This document shows, in pieces, positions 9,778 to 18,841 of a stretch of 64,000 nucleotides of DNA (positions are counted from its first letter, which is position 1; each line of letters opens with the position of its first letter). The notes below the pieces were generated by a model, which was not told the DNA's origin, did no database searches, and worked only from the letters and a program-made list of their open reading frames with translations. A program made the position numbers and the translations under genes. Source of the DNA: Planctomycetota bacterium (GTDB taxonomy: Bacteria > Planctomycetota > B15-G4 > JADJEK01). The stretch lies in assembly GCA_044225365.1 (NCBI GenBank), contig JBGAIQ010000017.1, forward strand, positions 55,888-119,887, in the 5' to 3' direction.

Positions 9778-10725
9778 ATGGCTGCTTCCCGTCTCCATAC
9801 CCCGAGTTTCTTGGCGCAGATGGACGAACGCATCGACCGCGATCCTGCTCATCCGGAGAATCCGGCCCGGACTCCCCGGAATCCTGGATACCGTCTTGCC
9901 GCCAAGACGGGTCGTCCTCCCACGCGCGTGCGAGTCGGCGATGTCGAATTCGGCGGTCGCGACATCATCCTGATGGCGGGCCCTTGCGCCGTCGAGACGC
10001 GCGAACAGATCGGCGGCCTCGCCGCCCGCCTGCGGCCGCTCGGCGTGCAGGTGCTGCGGGGTGGAGCGTTCAAGCCCAGGACGTCGCCCTATTCGTTCCA
10101 GGGTCTCGGCATCGACGGCTACCGCATGTTGCGCGAAGCTGCGATCGAGAACGGCATGCTCATCGTCTCCGAGGTCCTTGGCGAGAGTCACGTCGCGGCG
10201 GCGGTCGATCTCGTCGACATCCTGCAGGTTGGCTCTCGCAACATGCAGAACTTCGCGCTCCTCAAGGAACTCGCGAAGACGAAGAAACCCGTGCTCCTGA
10301 AGCGCGGCATGTCGGCGTCGTACGACGAACTGCTCTCGGCCGCGGAGTATCTCCTCGCCGGCGGCAATCCGAACGTGATCCTCTGCGAGCGCGGGATCCG
10401 CACCTTCGAGACGGCGACGCGCAACACGCTCGATGTCTCCGCCGTCCCCGTGTTGCGACGCATGACGCATCTGCCGATCGTGATCGACCCGAGCCATGCC
10501 GCGGGGCGCGCCGACATCGTTCCCGATCTCGCCCGCGCCGCGGTCGCGGTGGGGGCGGACGGGTTGCTCGTCGAGGTCCACGACGACCCGGAGCACGCAC
10601 GTTCGGACGGCGATCAGGCACTGATGCCCGAGCAACTCGCCGCGCTCGTTCCGTCGCTCATCGCGATCGCCGCCGCTGTCGGGCGAAAGATCTCGATCCC
10701 CCAAGCTGCCGCCGCAGGAGCCTAG
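9778..10725 (+). CDS. aroF: 3-deoxy-7-phosphoheptulonate (DAHP) synthase, type I-beta
   Basis: AGPCAVE, RGGAFKPRTSPYSFQG, QVGSRNMQNF, LLKRG, CERGIRTFE, DPSHAAG. The start may instead be ATG 9820. Confidence 0.9.
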   Translation: MAASRLHTPSFLAQMDERIDRDPAHPENPARTPRNPGYRLAAKTGRPPTRVRVGDVEFGGRDIILMAGPCAVETREQIGGLAARLRPLGVQVLRGGAFKPRTSPYSFQGLGIDGYRMLREAAIENGMLIVSEVLGESHVAAAVDLVDILQVGSRNMQNFALLKELAKTKKPVLLKRGMSASYDELLSAAEYLLAGGNPNVILCERGIRTFETATRNTLDVSAVPVLRRMTHLPIVIDPSHAAGRADIVPDLARAAVAVGADGLLVEVHDDPEHARSDGDQALMPEQLAALVPSLIAIAAAVGRKISIPQAAAAGA

Positions 10726-10727
10726 AC

Positions 10728-12008
10728 ATGTCGAAGCTTGCATCGCGTCGCTCCTCGATCGTCGCATTTGCGCTGTCCGCGGTGATCGCAACGTCGGGTC
10801 TCGCGGGAGCACAGTCGCCCGCCACGAATCCTCCTAGCGCAAAGACGGACGCGGTCGCGGCACGCATCGCGCGCGTCGCGGATCTCGAGAAGGAATTCAC
10901 GGAGGCCTCCAAGGCCGAGTCGAAAGCCTTCGAGGAAGCGCTCGGTGCGAACGAGAATCCGACGAGAGAGCAATTGACGGCGGCGGAGGAGAAGAGCAAG
11001 CCCTTCGCCCCCGATCGAGCCTCGCTGCAGGCACGCGCGCGCGCGATCGTGGCGGAGGATCCGGCAGACGCTGCGGCGCTTAAGGCGATCGAATTCCAAT
11101 TCAAACTGGTCTACGAGCCAGCCGATCGCCAGGCGCTCGTCGATCAGATCGAAGAGCATCATCGAAACAGCGTCGCCATCGGCGATCTCTGCCGTCAGCT
11201 CATGTCCCTCCGTCCGAAGTTCGTCACCGAGCTGTCCGAGAAGTCGCCGCACGCTTCGGTGCGCGGGAAGGCTCTCGCCGCGATCCTCGACGCGAAGCGT
11301 GCCGTGGTGACGAACGCCGAGAGTCTGAAGAAGCTGAGCGGGGACGAACTCGAGCAAACGAAGCAAAGGCTCGGCGCCGAGCGTTCCGCCACTCTGCTCG
11401 CCCTCGATGTCGCTGCCGCGAATCGCGAGATCCTCGAACTCTGCGAGAGGATCGCCAAGGACTACGCGGAAGTCAGCCTCTACGCCGGTACGCCGCGCGA
11501 GACGACGCTCGGAGCCTGGGCGAAGACGCAGATCCACCAGTTGAAGGACCTCGCACTCGGCTGTGTCACGCCGGAGATCGAGGCCGTCGATCTCGACGGC
11601 GTGAACTTCAAGTTGAGCGACTACCGAGGGAGGGTGGTGCTGCTCGACTTCTGGGGATTCTGGTGAGGCCCCTGCCGGGCCATGATCCCGCACGAGCGGT
11701 CGCTCGTGGAGAAGTACAAGGATGAGCCCTTCGCGATCATCGGGGTCAACAGCGACACCGACCTCGTCAAGACGAAGGAGCAGCGCGCGAGTACCCAGGT
11801 CACCTGGCGATCGTTCTGGAACGGTCCGAAGGGAACGTCGGGACCGATTTCGAGCGAGTGGGGAGTCACCGGCTGGCCGACGATCTACATCCTCGATACG
11901 AAGGGCGTGATCCGGTACAAATCGGTCGGCGCCAACGAGGAGTTGATCGATCGGACGATCGAAGAACTGCTCGCCGAAGCGAAGAAGGCCGCGAGCGAAG
12001 GAAAATAG
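10728..12008 (+). CDS. secreted TlpA/redoxin-family thiol-disulfide oxidoreductase, probable selenoprotein (TGA 11664-11666 = Sec in UGPC)
   Basis: Signal peptide, helical N-terminal region, then TPEIEAVDLDG...[31 protein letters not shown] continuing in frame to WGVTGWPTIYILD. SECIS-like hairpin downstream. Confidence 0.85.
11691..11708 (+). promoter_or_regulatory. putative bacterial SECIS hairpin
   Basis: CACGAGC-GGTC-GCTCGTG, a perfect 7-bp stem with a GGUC loop separated from the in-frame TGA by 31 nt. Confidence 0.7.
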
Positions 12009-12149
12009 TGCGGCGGATCCAGCGTAGGGGGTGCCTTCCTCGCGACGCGCGAGGCGGTTCCTCGATCTTGGAAACTTCACGTCCCCGTTGCGAGCGGGTA
12101 CAAGAGCGAAGAAGGGGCGTGCCGCGTTCCGCCTCTACGATGGACTTCC

Positions 12150-13322
12150 ATGCTGAAACCGCTTCCCCCGCCCTGGGATCGTTTCGTTCCGTTCGTCCAG
12201 CGCCTCACCGTCTGGCTCGGGTTCTTCACGATCCTCTGGTTCCTACGCCCCTTCTTCTTCCTCGTGTTCCTCACGTTCGTGTTCGGGTACGTCCTGGAGC
12301 ATCTCGTCGAGTTGCTCGAGAAGCGGATCCGCTCGCGACGGACGCGCGTGATCGGCGGCTTCCTCGTCCTGCTCTCGATCCTGGTCGGGATCGGGTTCGT
12401 GGTCGCGCCCGAACTGCGGCGGCAGGTGGTCACGTTGCCGACCGAGATGTCGGCGAAGGTGAAGGATGTCGACGCCAAGCTGCTCGAACTGCGTGAACGC
12501 CACGAGTTCTTCCACAAGATCCTGCCGGAGAACTTCAGCTCGAAGGACATCCTGAGCGAGTTCTTCATGTTCTCGAGTACGGGGAGCGGTGATGCGACGG
12601 CGAGTCCGCAGCCCGTCGAACATCCCTCGAAGGAGGAGTCGTCGGACGTCTTCCGCTCGATCCTGCCGTTCATGTTGCGCATCCTGCAGGGCTCCGTCGC
12701 CGTGGGTTCGTCGTTCCTGCTGTCGCTGCTGTTCTCGTTCCTCATCGTCCTCGATCTGCCGAACCTTGCGAACGGCGCGCGGCATCTGCGCGATACCCGA
12801 CTCCGTTTCGTCTACGACGAAGTCAGTGACAACGTGTTTCGCTTCGGTCGCGTGCTCGGACGCGCGCTCGAGGCGCAACTCATGATCGCGATCGCGAACA
12901 CCGCGCTGACCGCCGTCGGCCTCAACCTGATGGGGATTCCGAACATCGCGTCCCTCGCGACGATCGTGTTCATCTGCTCGTTCATTCCCGTCGCGGGCGT
13001 GTTCATCTCGAGCGTGCCGATCTGCCTCCTGACCCTCACGTCGAAGGAGGGCTTCATCTGGGTCGTGTACGTGATCCTGTTCATCACGTTGATCCACTTG
13101 ATCGAGGCCTACATCCTGAATCCGCGGATCTACGGCGCTCACCTCAAGATGAATCCCGTTCTCGTGCTCTCGATCCTCGTCATCTCGCACCATCTGTTCG
13201 GGATGTGGGGCCTCGTGCTCGGCGTGCCCGTGACGACGTACGTGTACAAGCACGTGATCTGCGGCCGCCAGCGCGACGACGAAGAGGACGACCTTCCCGC
13301 TCGCGAGGTTCCGCTCGAATGA
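12150..13322 (+). CDS. AI-2E family transporter (PerM-like)
   Basis: Multi-pass membrane protein; LEAQLMIAIAN, FICSFIPVAG, HLIEAYILNPRIYG..LKMNPV, LFGMWGLVLGVP. Confidence 0.9.
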   Translation: MLKPLPPPWDRFVPFVQRLTVWLGFFTILWFLRPFFFLVFLTFVFGYVLEHLVELLEKRIRSRRTRVIGGFLVLLSILVGIGFVVAPELRRQVVTLPTEMSAKVKDVDAKLLELRERHEFFHKILPENFSSKDILSEFFMFSSTGSGDATASPQPVEHPSKEESSDVFRSILPFMLRILQGSVAVGSSFLLSLLFSFLIVLDLPNLANGARHLRDTRLRFVYDEVSDNVFRFGRVLGRALEAQLMIAIANTALTAVGLNLMGIPNIASLATIVFICSFIPVAGVFISSVPICLLTLTSKEGFIWVVYVILFITLIHLIEAYILNPRIYGAHLKMNPVLVLSILVISHHLFGMWGLVLGVPVTTYVYKHVICGRQRDDEEDDLPAREVPLE

Positions 13323-14704
13323 ACCGATCCGCGGCGCTCGCGCTGTGCGTGTTCGTTGCGCTCAGCGGCTGCGGGAAGGCGTCGGACGACACCGCGCCAC
13401 GCGTCGGTCTATTGCTCGAGGACGGGCTCTACGACAGCGACCTGACCGCGCCTTTCGACGTCTTTCAGGCGACGAAGGCCGCGGCCGCGCCGGGACTCTC
13501 GGTGTGCACGATCGCGCGCAGCAAGACGCCGGTTCGCACCCATGAAGGGCTCGTCGTCACGCCGGACTTCGACTTCGCTTCCGCGCCGCGGCTCGAGATC
13601 CTCGTGATCCCGGGTGCGCAGCGCCACGTCGCGGAGGAATTCGATGATCCCGAGCTGATCGAGTTCGTGCGGACGACGGCGAAGGCGGCGCGCTTCGTGA
13701 TGGCGCTTCGCGACGGTGCATTCGTCCTCGCGAAGGCGGGCCTGCTCGACGGGATCACATGCACGACGTTCGGGCGCAACGCTGACGAGTTGCGCAAACG
13801 CTCCCAGAAGGCCGTCGTGGTCGACAACGTCTCGTTCGTCGTCGATGGCAAGATCATCACGTCGGTGGGTGGCTCGCGCTCGTACGATCCCGCGCTCTAC
13901 CTCGTCGAGCGGTTGTTCGGTGCCGAACCCGCGCGAACGATCGGTCAGGGACTCGTGGTCGATTGGGATCTCTCGACCGTTTCCCATCTGATCCACGATC
14001 CGCGGACGGATCCTTCGGCCCGGCGGGCCTACGCGTTGGGCGAGCGGATCGACGCCGACGTCTTCGTCGAAGACGCGACCGGCGGAAGGACGCGACTGCT
14101 CGACATTCCGACGAAGAACGAACGCGTCGTGGTCGTCGTGATCTTCGGAGGCGGTGCCAATGCCGAATCGCCTCCGCGCGCAGGACTGTGGTGCGAGGAC
14201 TCGCTCTCCGAGATGGGGACGCTGCGTCACGCGATCCAGCGCTTCGCCGGGGATTCCGTACTTGTCGACGAACGCGTGCGATTCATCGCGATCGCATGTC
14301 CTCCAATGCATCACGAAGCGCGCTTCGGCTACGAGGTCGGCGCATTCAAGCCCGGCGGTTCGAAGCAGTCCCGAGACGTCTTCGCCGCGCAGACGTCGAA
14401 ACTCGTCGCCAACGGGCTCCTGCCGTTCACGGACGTGTTCTTCGACTTCGAATACCGCTTCCTGCGCAATCTCGCGGTCGATCCCGCGACCGAGGCCGAG
14501 CAGAGCGCCGCGAAGTGGATCGGCCGGTTTCGCGCCGATGGCGATGCTCAGGAGTACGGCACGCCGACACTGTGGATCCTCTCGCGCGACGGAAGGGTCC
14601 TCGCTCCGCCGTTCCACGACAACAACTGGGAGAGCGGACGTCCTCTCCGTCACACTTCTCGCGAGCTCGAAGCCGCGATCGCTCGCGCACTCGAGATTGC
14701 CTGA
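13319..14704 (+). CDS. lipoprotein: DJ-1/PfpI-like domain fused to a C-terminal thioredoxin-fold-like domain
   Basis: Lipobox LSGC. DJ-1-like TAPFDVF...ILVIPGA...DGAFVLAKAGLLDG...VVDGKIITSVG. The C-terminal part has WCEDS and a GTPTLWILSRDGRV strand typical of redoxins. Confidence 0.75.
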   Translation: MNRSAALALCVFVALSGCGKASDDTAPRVGLLLEDGLYDSDLTAPFDVFQATKAAAAPGLSVCTIARSKTPVRTHEGLVVTPDFDFASAPRLEILVIPGAQRHVAEEFDDPELIEFVRTTAKAARFVMALRDGAFVLAKAGLLDGITCTTFGRNADELRKRSQKAVVVDNVSFVVDGKIITSVGGSRSYDPALYLVERLFGAEPARTIGQGLVVDWDLSTVSHLIHDPRTDPSARRAYALGERIDADVFVEDATGGRTRLLDIPTKNERVVVVVIFGGGANAESPPRAGLWCEDSLSEMGTLRHAIQRFAGDSVLVDERVRFIAIACPPMHHEARFGYEVGAFKPGGSKQSRDVFAAQTSKLVANGLLPFTDVFFDFEYRFLRNLAVDPATEAEQSAAKWIGRFRADGDAQEYGTPTLWILSRDGRVLAPPFHDNNWESGRPLRHTSRELEAAIARALEIA

Positions 14705-14718
14705 ATCAGGACGAGCGG

Positions 14719-15669
14719 TCAGGCGCGCAGGGGGATCCCGATCTTCGCGAGAACGGTCCCGAGTGGCGGTACGCCGTCGGTCGCTCCAAACGCGCGCAAG
14801 CCATACCACGCGACCGCGGCGCCGACGCGCACGGCGTCGAGCAGGGAGAGGTGCGTGACGAATCCCGCGATCACTCCGGCGATGAAGCAGTCGCCGGCAC
14901 CGGTCGTGTCGACGACCCGATCGAGCGGCAGGGCGGGAACGAGGCAGCGAGTGCCGTCCGCGGCAAGGACGTAGGCACCGTCCGCTCCGAGTTTGACGAC
15001 GACGTTCTCGGCCCCGAGCTCGGCGATCTGGGTCGCGATCGCGGCGGGCTCCTCCAGCCCCGTGAGGCGCTTGCCTTCCTCGAGCGAGGGAGCGAACACG
15101 TCGCAGTACTCGAGCGCCGGGACGAGCGCGTCGATCCACCGATCGCGCGACACCGCTTGGAACTGGGTGTCGAGGATCGTCATGATCCCGTTGCGGCGTG
15201 CGGTACCGAGGATCTCGGCGAGCGGTGGACCGTCGAGCGAAGCCATTCCCATGGCTCCCGTGACGGCCACGACGCGCTTGCCGAAGTACGCCCCGTCCTT
15301 GATATCGGTGACTCGGATGCGATCGTTGGTGCCGCGGCAGTGGAAGTAAGAGCGCTCGCGCGTGCGATCGAGCATGACGAACGAGAACGGGGTCGACGTG
15401 TCGCCGTCGATCACGAGGCTCCCACCATTCACTCCGACGCTCTCGAGTTCGTCGACGAGGAACGAGCCGAGGCGGTCCTCGCCGATACGCGTGACGAGAT
15501 CGCAACCCAATCCGAGTCGTCCGAGCGCCATGGCGACGTTGACGCCGCAGCCGCCCGGCCTCAGCAGCGCCTCGTCGAACGTCACCGCGCCGCCGGGCTC
15601 GGGGAATCGCTCGATGGTCGCCGCGATGAGGTCGACCGCGCTGTTGCCGATGACGAGGATCTCATTCAC
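14719..15669 (-). CDS. PfkB family carbohydrate kinase
   Basis: PGGCGVNVAMALGRLG, VVVKLGADG, VDTTGAGDCFIAG. Confidence 0.92.
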   Translation of the reverse strand: MNEILVIGNSAVDLIAATIERFPEPGGAVTFDEALLRPGGCGVNVAMALGRLGLGCDLVTRIGEDRLGSFLVDELESVGVNGGSLVIDGDTSTPFSFVMLDRTRERSYFHCRGTNDRIRVTDIKDGAYFGKRVVAVTGAMGMASLDGPPLAEILGTARRNGIMTILDTQFQAVSRDRWIDALVPALEYCDVFAPSLEEGKRLTGLEEPAAIATQIAELGAENVVVKLGADGAYVLAADGTRCLVPALPLDRVVDTTGAGDCFIAGVIAGFVTHLSLLDAVRVGAAVAWYGLRAFGATDGVPPLGTVLAKIGIPLRA

Positions 15670-15708
15670 TTCGAATCACCTTCGGATCAAGATCGTATCG
15701 GCGTCTCT

Positions 15709-15868
15709 ATGACCGTTCACGATTCCGCCAGGTTACGAGACCGAACGAGAGCCGCGCAGGCAAGGAGGACCGACGAAGCGACGGAGCGAAAAGAGTCGGT
15801 GAGGAGGTCCGACGACGCATGCGCGGCTCGCAGCCGGTCGGAGGCCTGGCCGAATCGTGAACGGTCAT
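15709..15868. mobile_element. 160-bp MITE/REPIN-like element with 17-bp perfect terminal inverted repeats
   Basis: ATGACCGTTCACGATTC (15709-15725) pairs with GAATCGTGAACGGTCAT (15852-15868), with further internal pairing. A homologous half copy lies at 35145-35220. Confidence 0.6.
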
Positions 15869-16018
15869 TTCGCGTGCGGAGAAGTCGTCGTCGCGACGAA
15901 CAATTCCTCGGCTCCCACCGGTGTACGGTCTTTTGCGATCGTACGAGAATCGTTTCAATGTCCGGCTCGAGCGCGCGTGTGGCGCGACGCGGCCTTCGCC
16001 CCGGGAGTACCTCCTGAA

Positions 16019-17974
16019 ATGGTCACCCTGCAACCTGTGAAACGATCGTTCATCGACAGCCCTTGGTGCGTCCAGGACTCCGGCAATCTCTACGGCGTGA
16101 ACGATTGGGGCAAGGGCCACTTCGCGATCAACGACAAGGGCAACCTCTGCGTGCGGCCGACGCTCGACCCCGCGCGGCAGTGCGACCTCTACGAAGTGAT
16201 CCAGGGCCTCTCCGATCGCGGGCTCGATGCTCCGTTGCTGCTTCGCTTCGACGACATGCTCGCCTATCGGTTGCGCGAACTGCGCACCGCGTTCGACCAG
16301 GCGCTGAAGGAACACGAGTACACCGGGTCCTACACCTGCGTGTACCCGATCAAGGTCAATCAGCAGCGCCATCTTTGCGAGCAGATCAAGGCGTTGAATC
16401 ACGAACTCGGCTTCGGATTCGAAGCGGGCAGCAAGCCGGAACTCCTCGCCGTGCTCGGAATGACCGCCGGCATGAACGCGATGCCGATCGTGTGCAATGG
16501 ATTCAAGGACAGCGAATTCATCGAGACGGTCGTCCTCGCGACCAAGCTCGGCCGCAACGTGCTCACCGTCGTCGAGAAGGCGTCCGAGCTCGAGCTGATC
16601 GTGAAACATGCGAAGGCGTACGGCGTTCGTCCCAAGATCGGCGTTCGCGCGAAGCTCTCGGCGCGCGGCGCGGGTCGCTGGGAGTCGTCGGGCGGTCTTC
16701 GCAGCAAGTTCGGCCTCACGGTCTCCGAGATCGTCGCGGGCGTCGAGTACTTGAAGCTTCATGAGATGGCCGACTGTCTGAAGATGGTGCATTGCCACCT
16801 CGGCAGTCAGGTCTTCGACATCCGCAACTTCAAGTTCGCCGTGACGGAGCTCGGGTACATCTACGCCGAACTGCGTCGCATGGGCACCGGCATCGACACG
16901 ATCGACATCGGCGGCGGCCTCGGCGTGGACTACGACGGTTCGCAATCGGCGGCGACGAGTTCAGTGAACTACACGATCTCGGAGTACGCGGCCGACGTCA
17001 TCTATCGCTTGAAGAACGTCTGCGAGGACGCCAAGGTCCCGCACCCGAACCTCGTCACGGAGTCGGGCCGGTACATCGTCGCGAACTCGAGCGTGCTGAT
17101 CTGCAACGTGCTCGGCCGCTCGCACTTCGACGTGCAGCCCGACCTCGTGAAGATCCGCGCGGACCTCTCGCAGTTGCAGGAGAAGGAGCAGCCGCAGCCG
17201 GTCCTCGATCTGATCGACGCGCTCGAGCGCATCAACGATCGAAACCTCGTCGAGGTCTATCACGACTCGGTGCAGGCTCGCGACGAGGCGATGAGTCTCT
17301 TCTCGCTCGGCTACATGAGCCTGCCGCTGCGCGGAGCGGCCGAGCAGTTGTTCTGGGCGATCGGCAACGAGCTCCTGAAGCGAGCGCGCAAGAAGGACCG
17401 GTTCCCCGAGGAGTTCGACGATCTGCCGCAGATCCTGTCGGACATCTACTTCTGCAACTTCTCCATCTTCCAGTCGGCGCCCGACTCGTGGGCGATCGAT
17501 CAGCTCTTCCCGATCATGCCGATCCATCGGTTGCAAGAGCAGCCGAATCGCGTCGCCGTCCTCGCCGACATCACATGCGACTCGGACGGGAAGATCGACA
17601 GCTTCGTCGACAAGCGCGAGGACAAGCGCACGCTCGAAGTGCACGAGCTGCAATCCGAGCAGCCTTACTACCTCGGGATCTTCCTCGTCGGCGCGTACCA
17701 GGAAGTGCTCGGCGATCTGCACAACCTGTTCGGCGACACGCACGTGGTCCATGTTCGCGTCGAAGAGGACGGCTGGGTGATCGACGAAATCGTGCACGGC
17801 GACACCGTGCGCGAGGTGCTCGGCTACGTGCAGTTCGATGCCGACGAGCTGTCGCGCGCGATGCGCCGCGACGTCGAGAACGCCGTGAAGCGCGGCTCCC
17901 TCGGCGTTGCCGACAGCCGCGCGCTGATGCAGTTCTACGACAACGGTCTGCGCGGGTACACGTACCTCGAGTGA
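16019..17974 (+). CDS. speA: biosynthetic arginine decarboxylase
   Basis: YGVNDWGKGHF, VYPIKVNQ (PLP Lys), EAGSKPEL, HLGSQ, DIGGGLGVDYDG, DITCDSDGKID, GAYQEVLGDLHNLFGDT. Confidence 0.96.
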   Translation: MVTLQPVKRSFIDSPWCVQDSGNLYGVNDWGKGHFAINDKGNLCVRPTLDPARQCDLYEVIQGLSDRGLDAPLLLRFDDMLAYRLRELRTAFDQALKEHEYTGSYTCVYPIKVNQQRHLCEQIKALNHELGFGFEAGSKPELLAVLGMTAGMNAMPIVCNGFKDSEFIETVVLATKLGRNVLTVVEKASELELIVKHAKAYGVRPKIGVRAKLSARGAGRWESSGGLRSKFGLTVSEIVAGVEYLKLHEMADCLKMVHCHLGSQVFDIRNFKFAVTELGYIYAELRRMGTGIDTIDIGGGLGVDYDGSQSAATSSVNYTISEYAADVIYRLKNVCEDAKVPHPNLVTESGRYIVANSSVLICNVLGRSHFDVQPDLVKIRADLSQLQEKEQPQPVLDLIDALERINDRNLVEVYHDSVQARDEAMSLFSLGYMSLPLRGAAEQLFWAIGNELLKRARKKDRFPEEFDDLPQILSDIYFCNFSIFQSAPDSWAIDQLFPIMPIHRLQEQPNRVAVLADITCDSDGKIDSFVDKREDKRTLEVHELQSEQPYYLGIFLVGAYQEVLGDLHNLFGDTHVVHVRVEEDGWVIDEIVHGDTVREVLGYVQFDADELSRAMRRDVENAVKRGSLGVADSRALMQFYDNGLRGYTYLE

Positions 17975-18040
17975 TCCGTCCGTCGGAGCGGTCATCACCG
18001 ACCCCATCTCCGACCCGCGGCCTTCTCAGGTTTTCGCTTC

Positions 18041-18808
18041 ATGGACCCACTCTCCGCGCACAACAAGCGAGCCTGGGACGCCTACGTCGCGAAGGGCAAT
18101 CGCTGGACGATTCCCGTGACGAGCGAGGAGGTCGCGGCGGCGCGGAAGGGGGAATGGAAGATCATCCTCACGCCGATCCGTGCGGTGCCTCGCGAGTGGT
18201 TCCCCGAGGTGAAAGGACGGCGGATCCTCTGCCTCGCAGGATCGGGCGGGCAGCAGGCTCCGATCCTCGCGGCCGCAGGCGGGGATGTGGTCGTGTTCGA
18301 CAACTCGCCCGCGCAGCTCGCTCGGGATCGCGAGGTGGCCGCGCGCGACGGCCTCTCGATCGAGACGATCGAGGGCGACATGCGGGATCTCTCGGCGCTG
18401 CCGGACGCGGGGTTCGACATCGTCGTTCACCCCTGCTCGATCGCCTTCGTGCCGGACGTGAGGCCCGTGTTCGCCGGGGTTGCCCGCGTGCTCCGGCCGG
18501 GCGGCCGGTACCTCGCGGGTTTCGTCCAACCGTTCACCTACATGTTCGACGAGGACGCGGAGAAGAAGGGCGAGCTCGTCATTCGACATGCTCTGCCGTA
18601 TTCCGACGAGAAGTCGCTATCGAAGAGCGAATACGACGCGCTCGTTCGCGACTCGGAAGCGCTCGTCTTCAGCCACTCGCTCACCGAACTGATCGGTGGC
18701 CAGCTCGAGGCGGGGCTGCGTCTACTCGACCTCTACGAGGATGGCTGGCCAGGGCGTGCGCTCGATCGCTTCGCGAAGGCGACGCTCGCGACGTGCGCGA
18801 CTCGCTGA
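18041..18808 (+). CDS. class I SAM-dependent methyltransferase
   Basis: RILCLAGSGGQQ motif I, VFDNSPAQL, GDMRDL, FDIVVHP, RVLRPGG. Confidence 0.88.
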   Translation: MDPLSAHNKRAWDAYVAKGNRWTIPVTSEEVAAARKGEWKIILTPIRAVPREWFPEVKGRRILCLAGSGGQQAPILAAAGGDVVVFDNSPAQLARDREVAARDGLSIETIEGDMRDLSALPDAGFDIVVHPCSIAFVPDVRPVFAGVARVLRPGGRYLAGFVQPFTYMFDEDAEKKGELVIRHALPYSDEKSLSKSEYDALVRDSEALVFSHSLTELIGGQLEAGLRLLDLYEDGWPGRALDRFAKATLATCATR

Positions 18809-18841
18809 GGCGCGAGTCGATGTGCGAATCGCATCCGGCCG

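Noticed and set aside
11664-11666. Nonsense mutation making the TlpA gene a pseudogene
   Set aside because: The TGA sits exactly at the catalytic Cys position, both halves are intact and a SECIS-like hairpin follows, so recoding is more parsimonious.
15709-15868. 6S RNA or retron msr-msd interpretation of the long hairpin
   Set aside because: The stem and bubble geometry is 6S-like, but a diverged solo arm at 35145 points to a dispersed repeat, and no reverse transcriptase gene is nearby. 6S is not fully excluded without cmscan.
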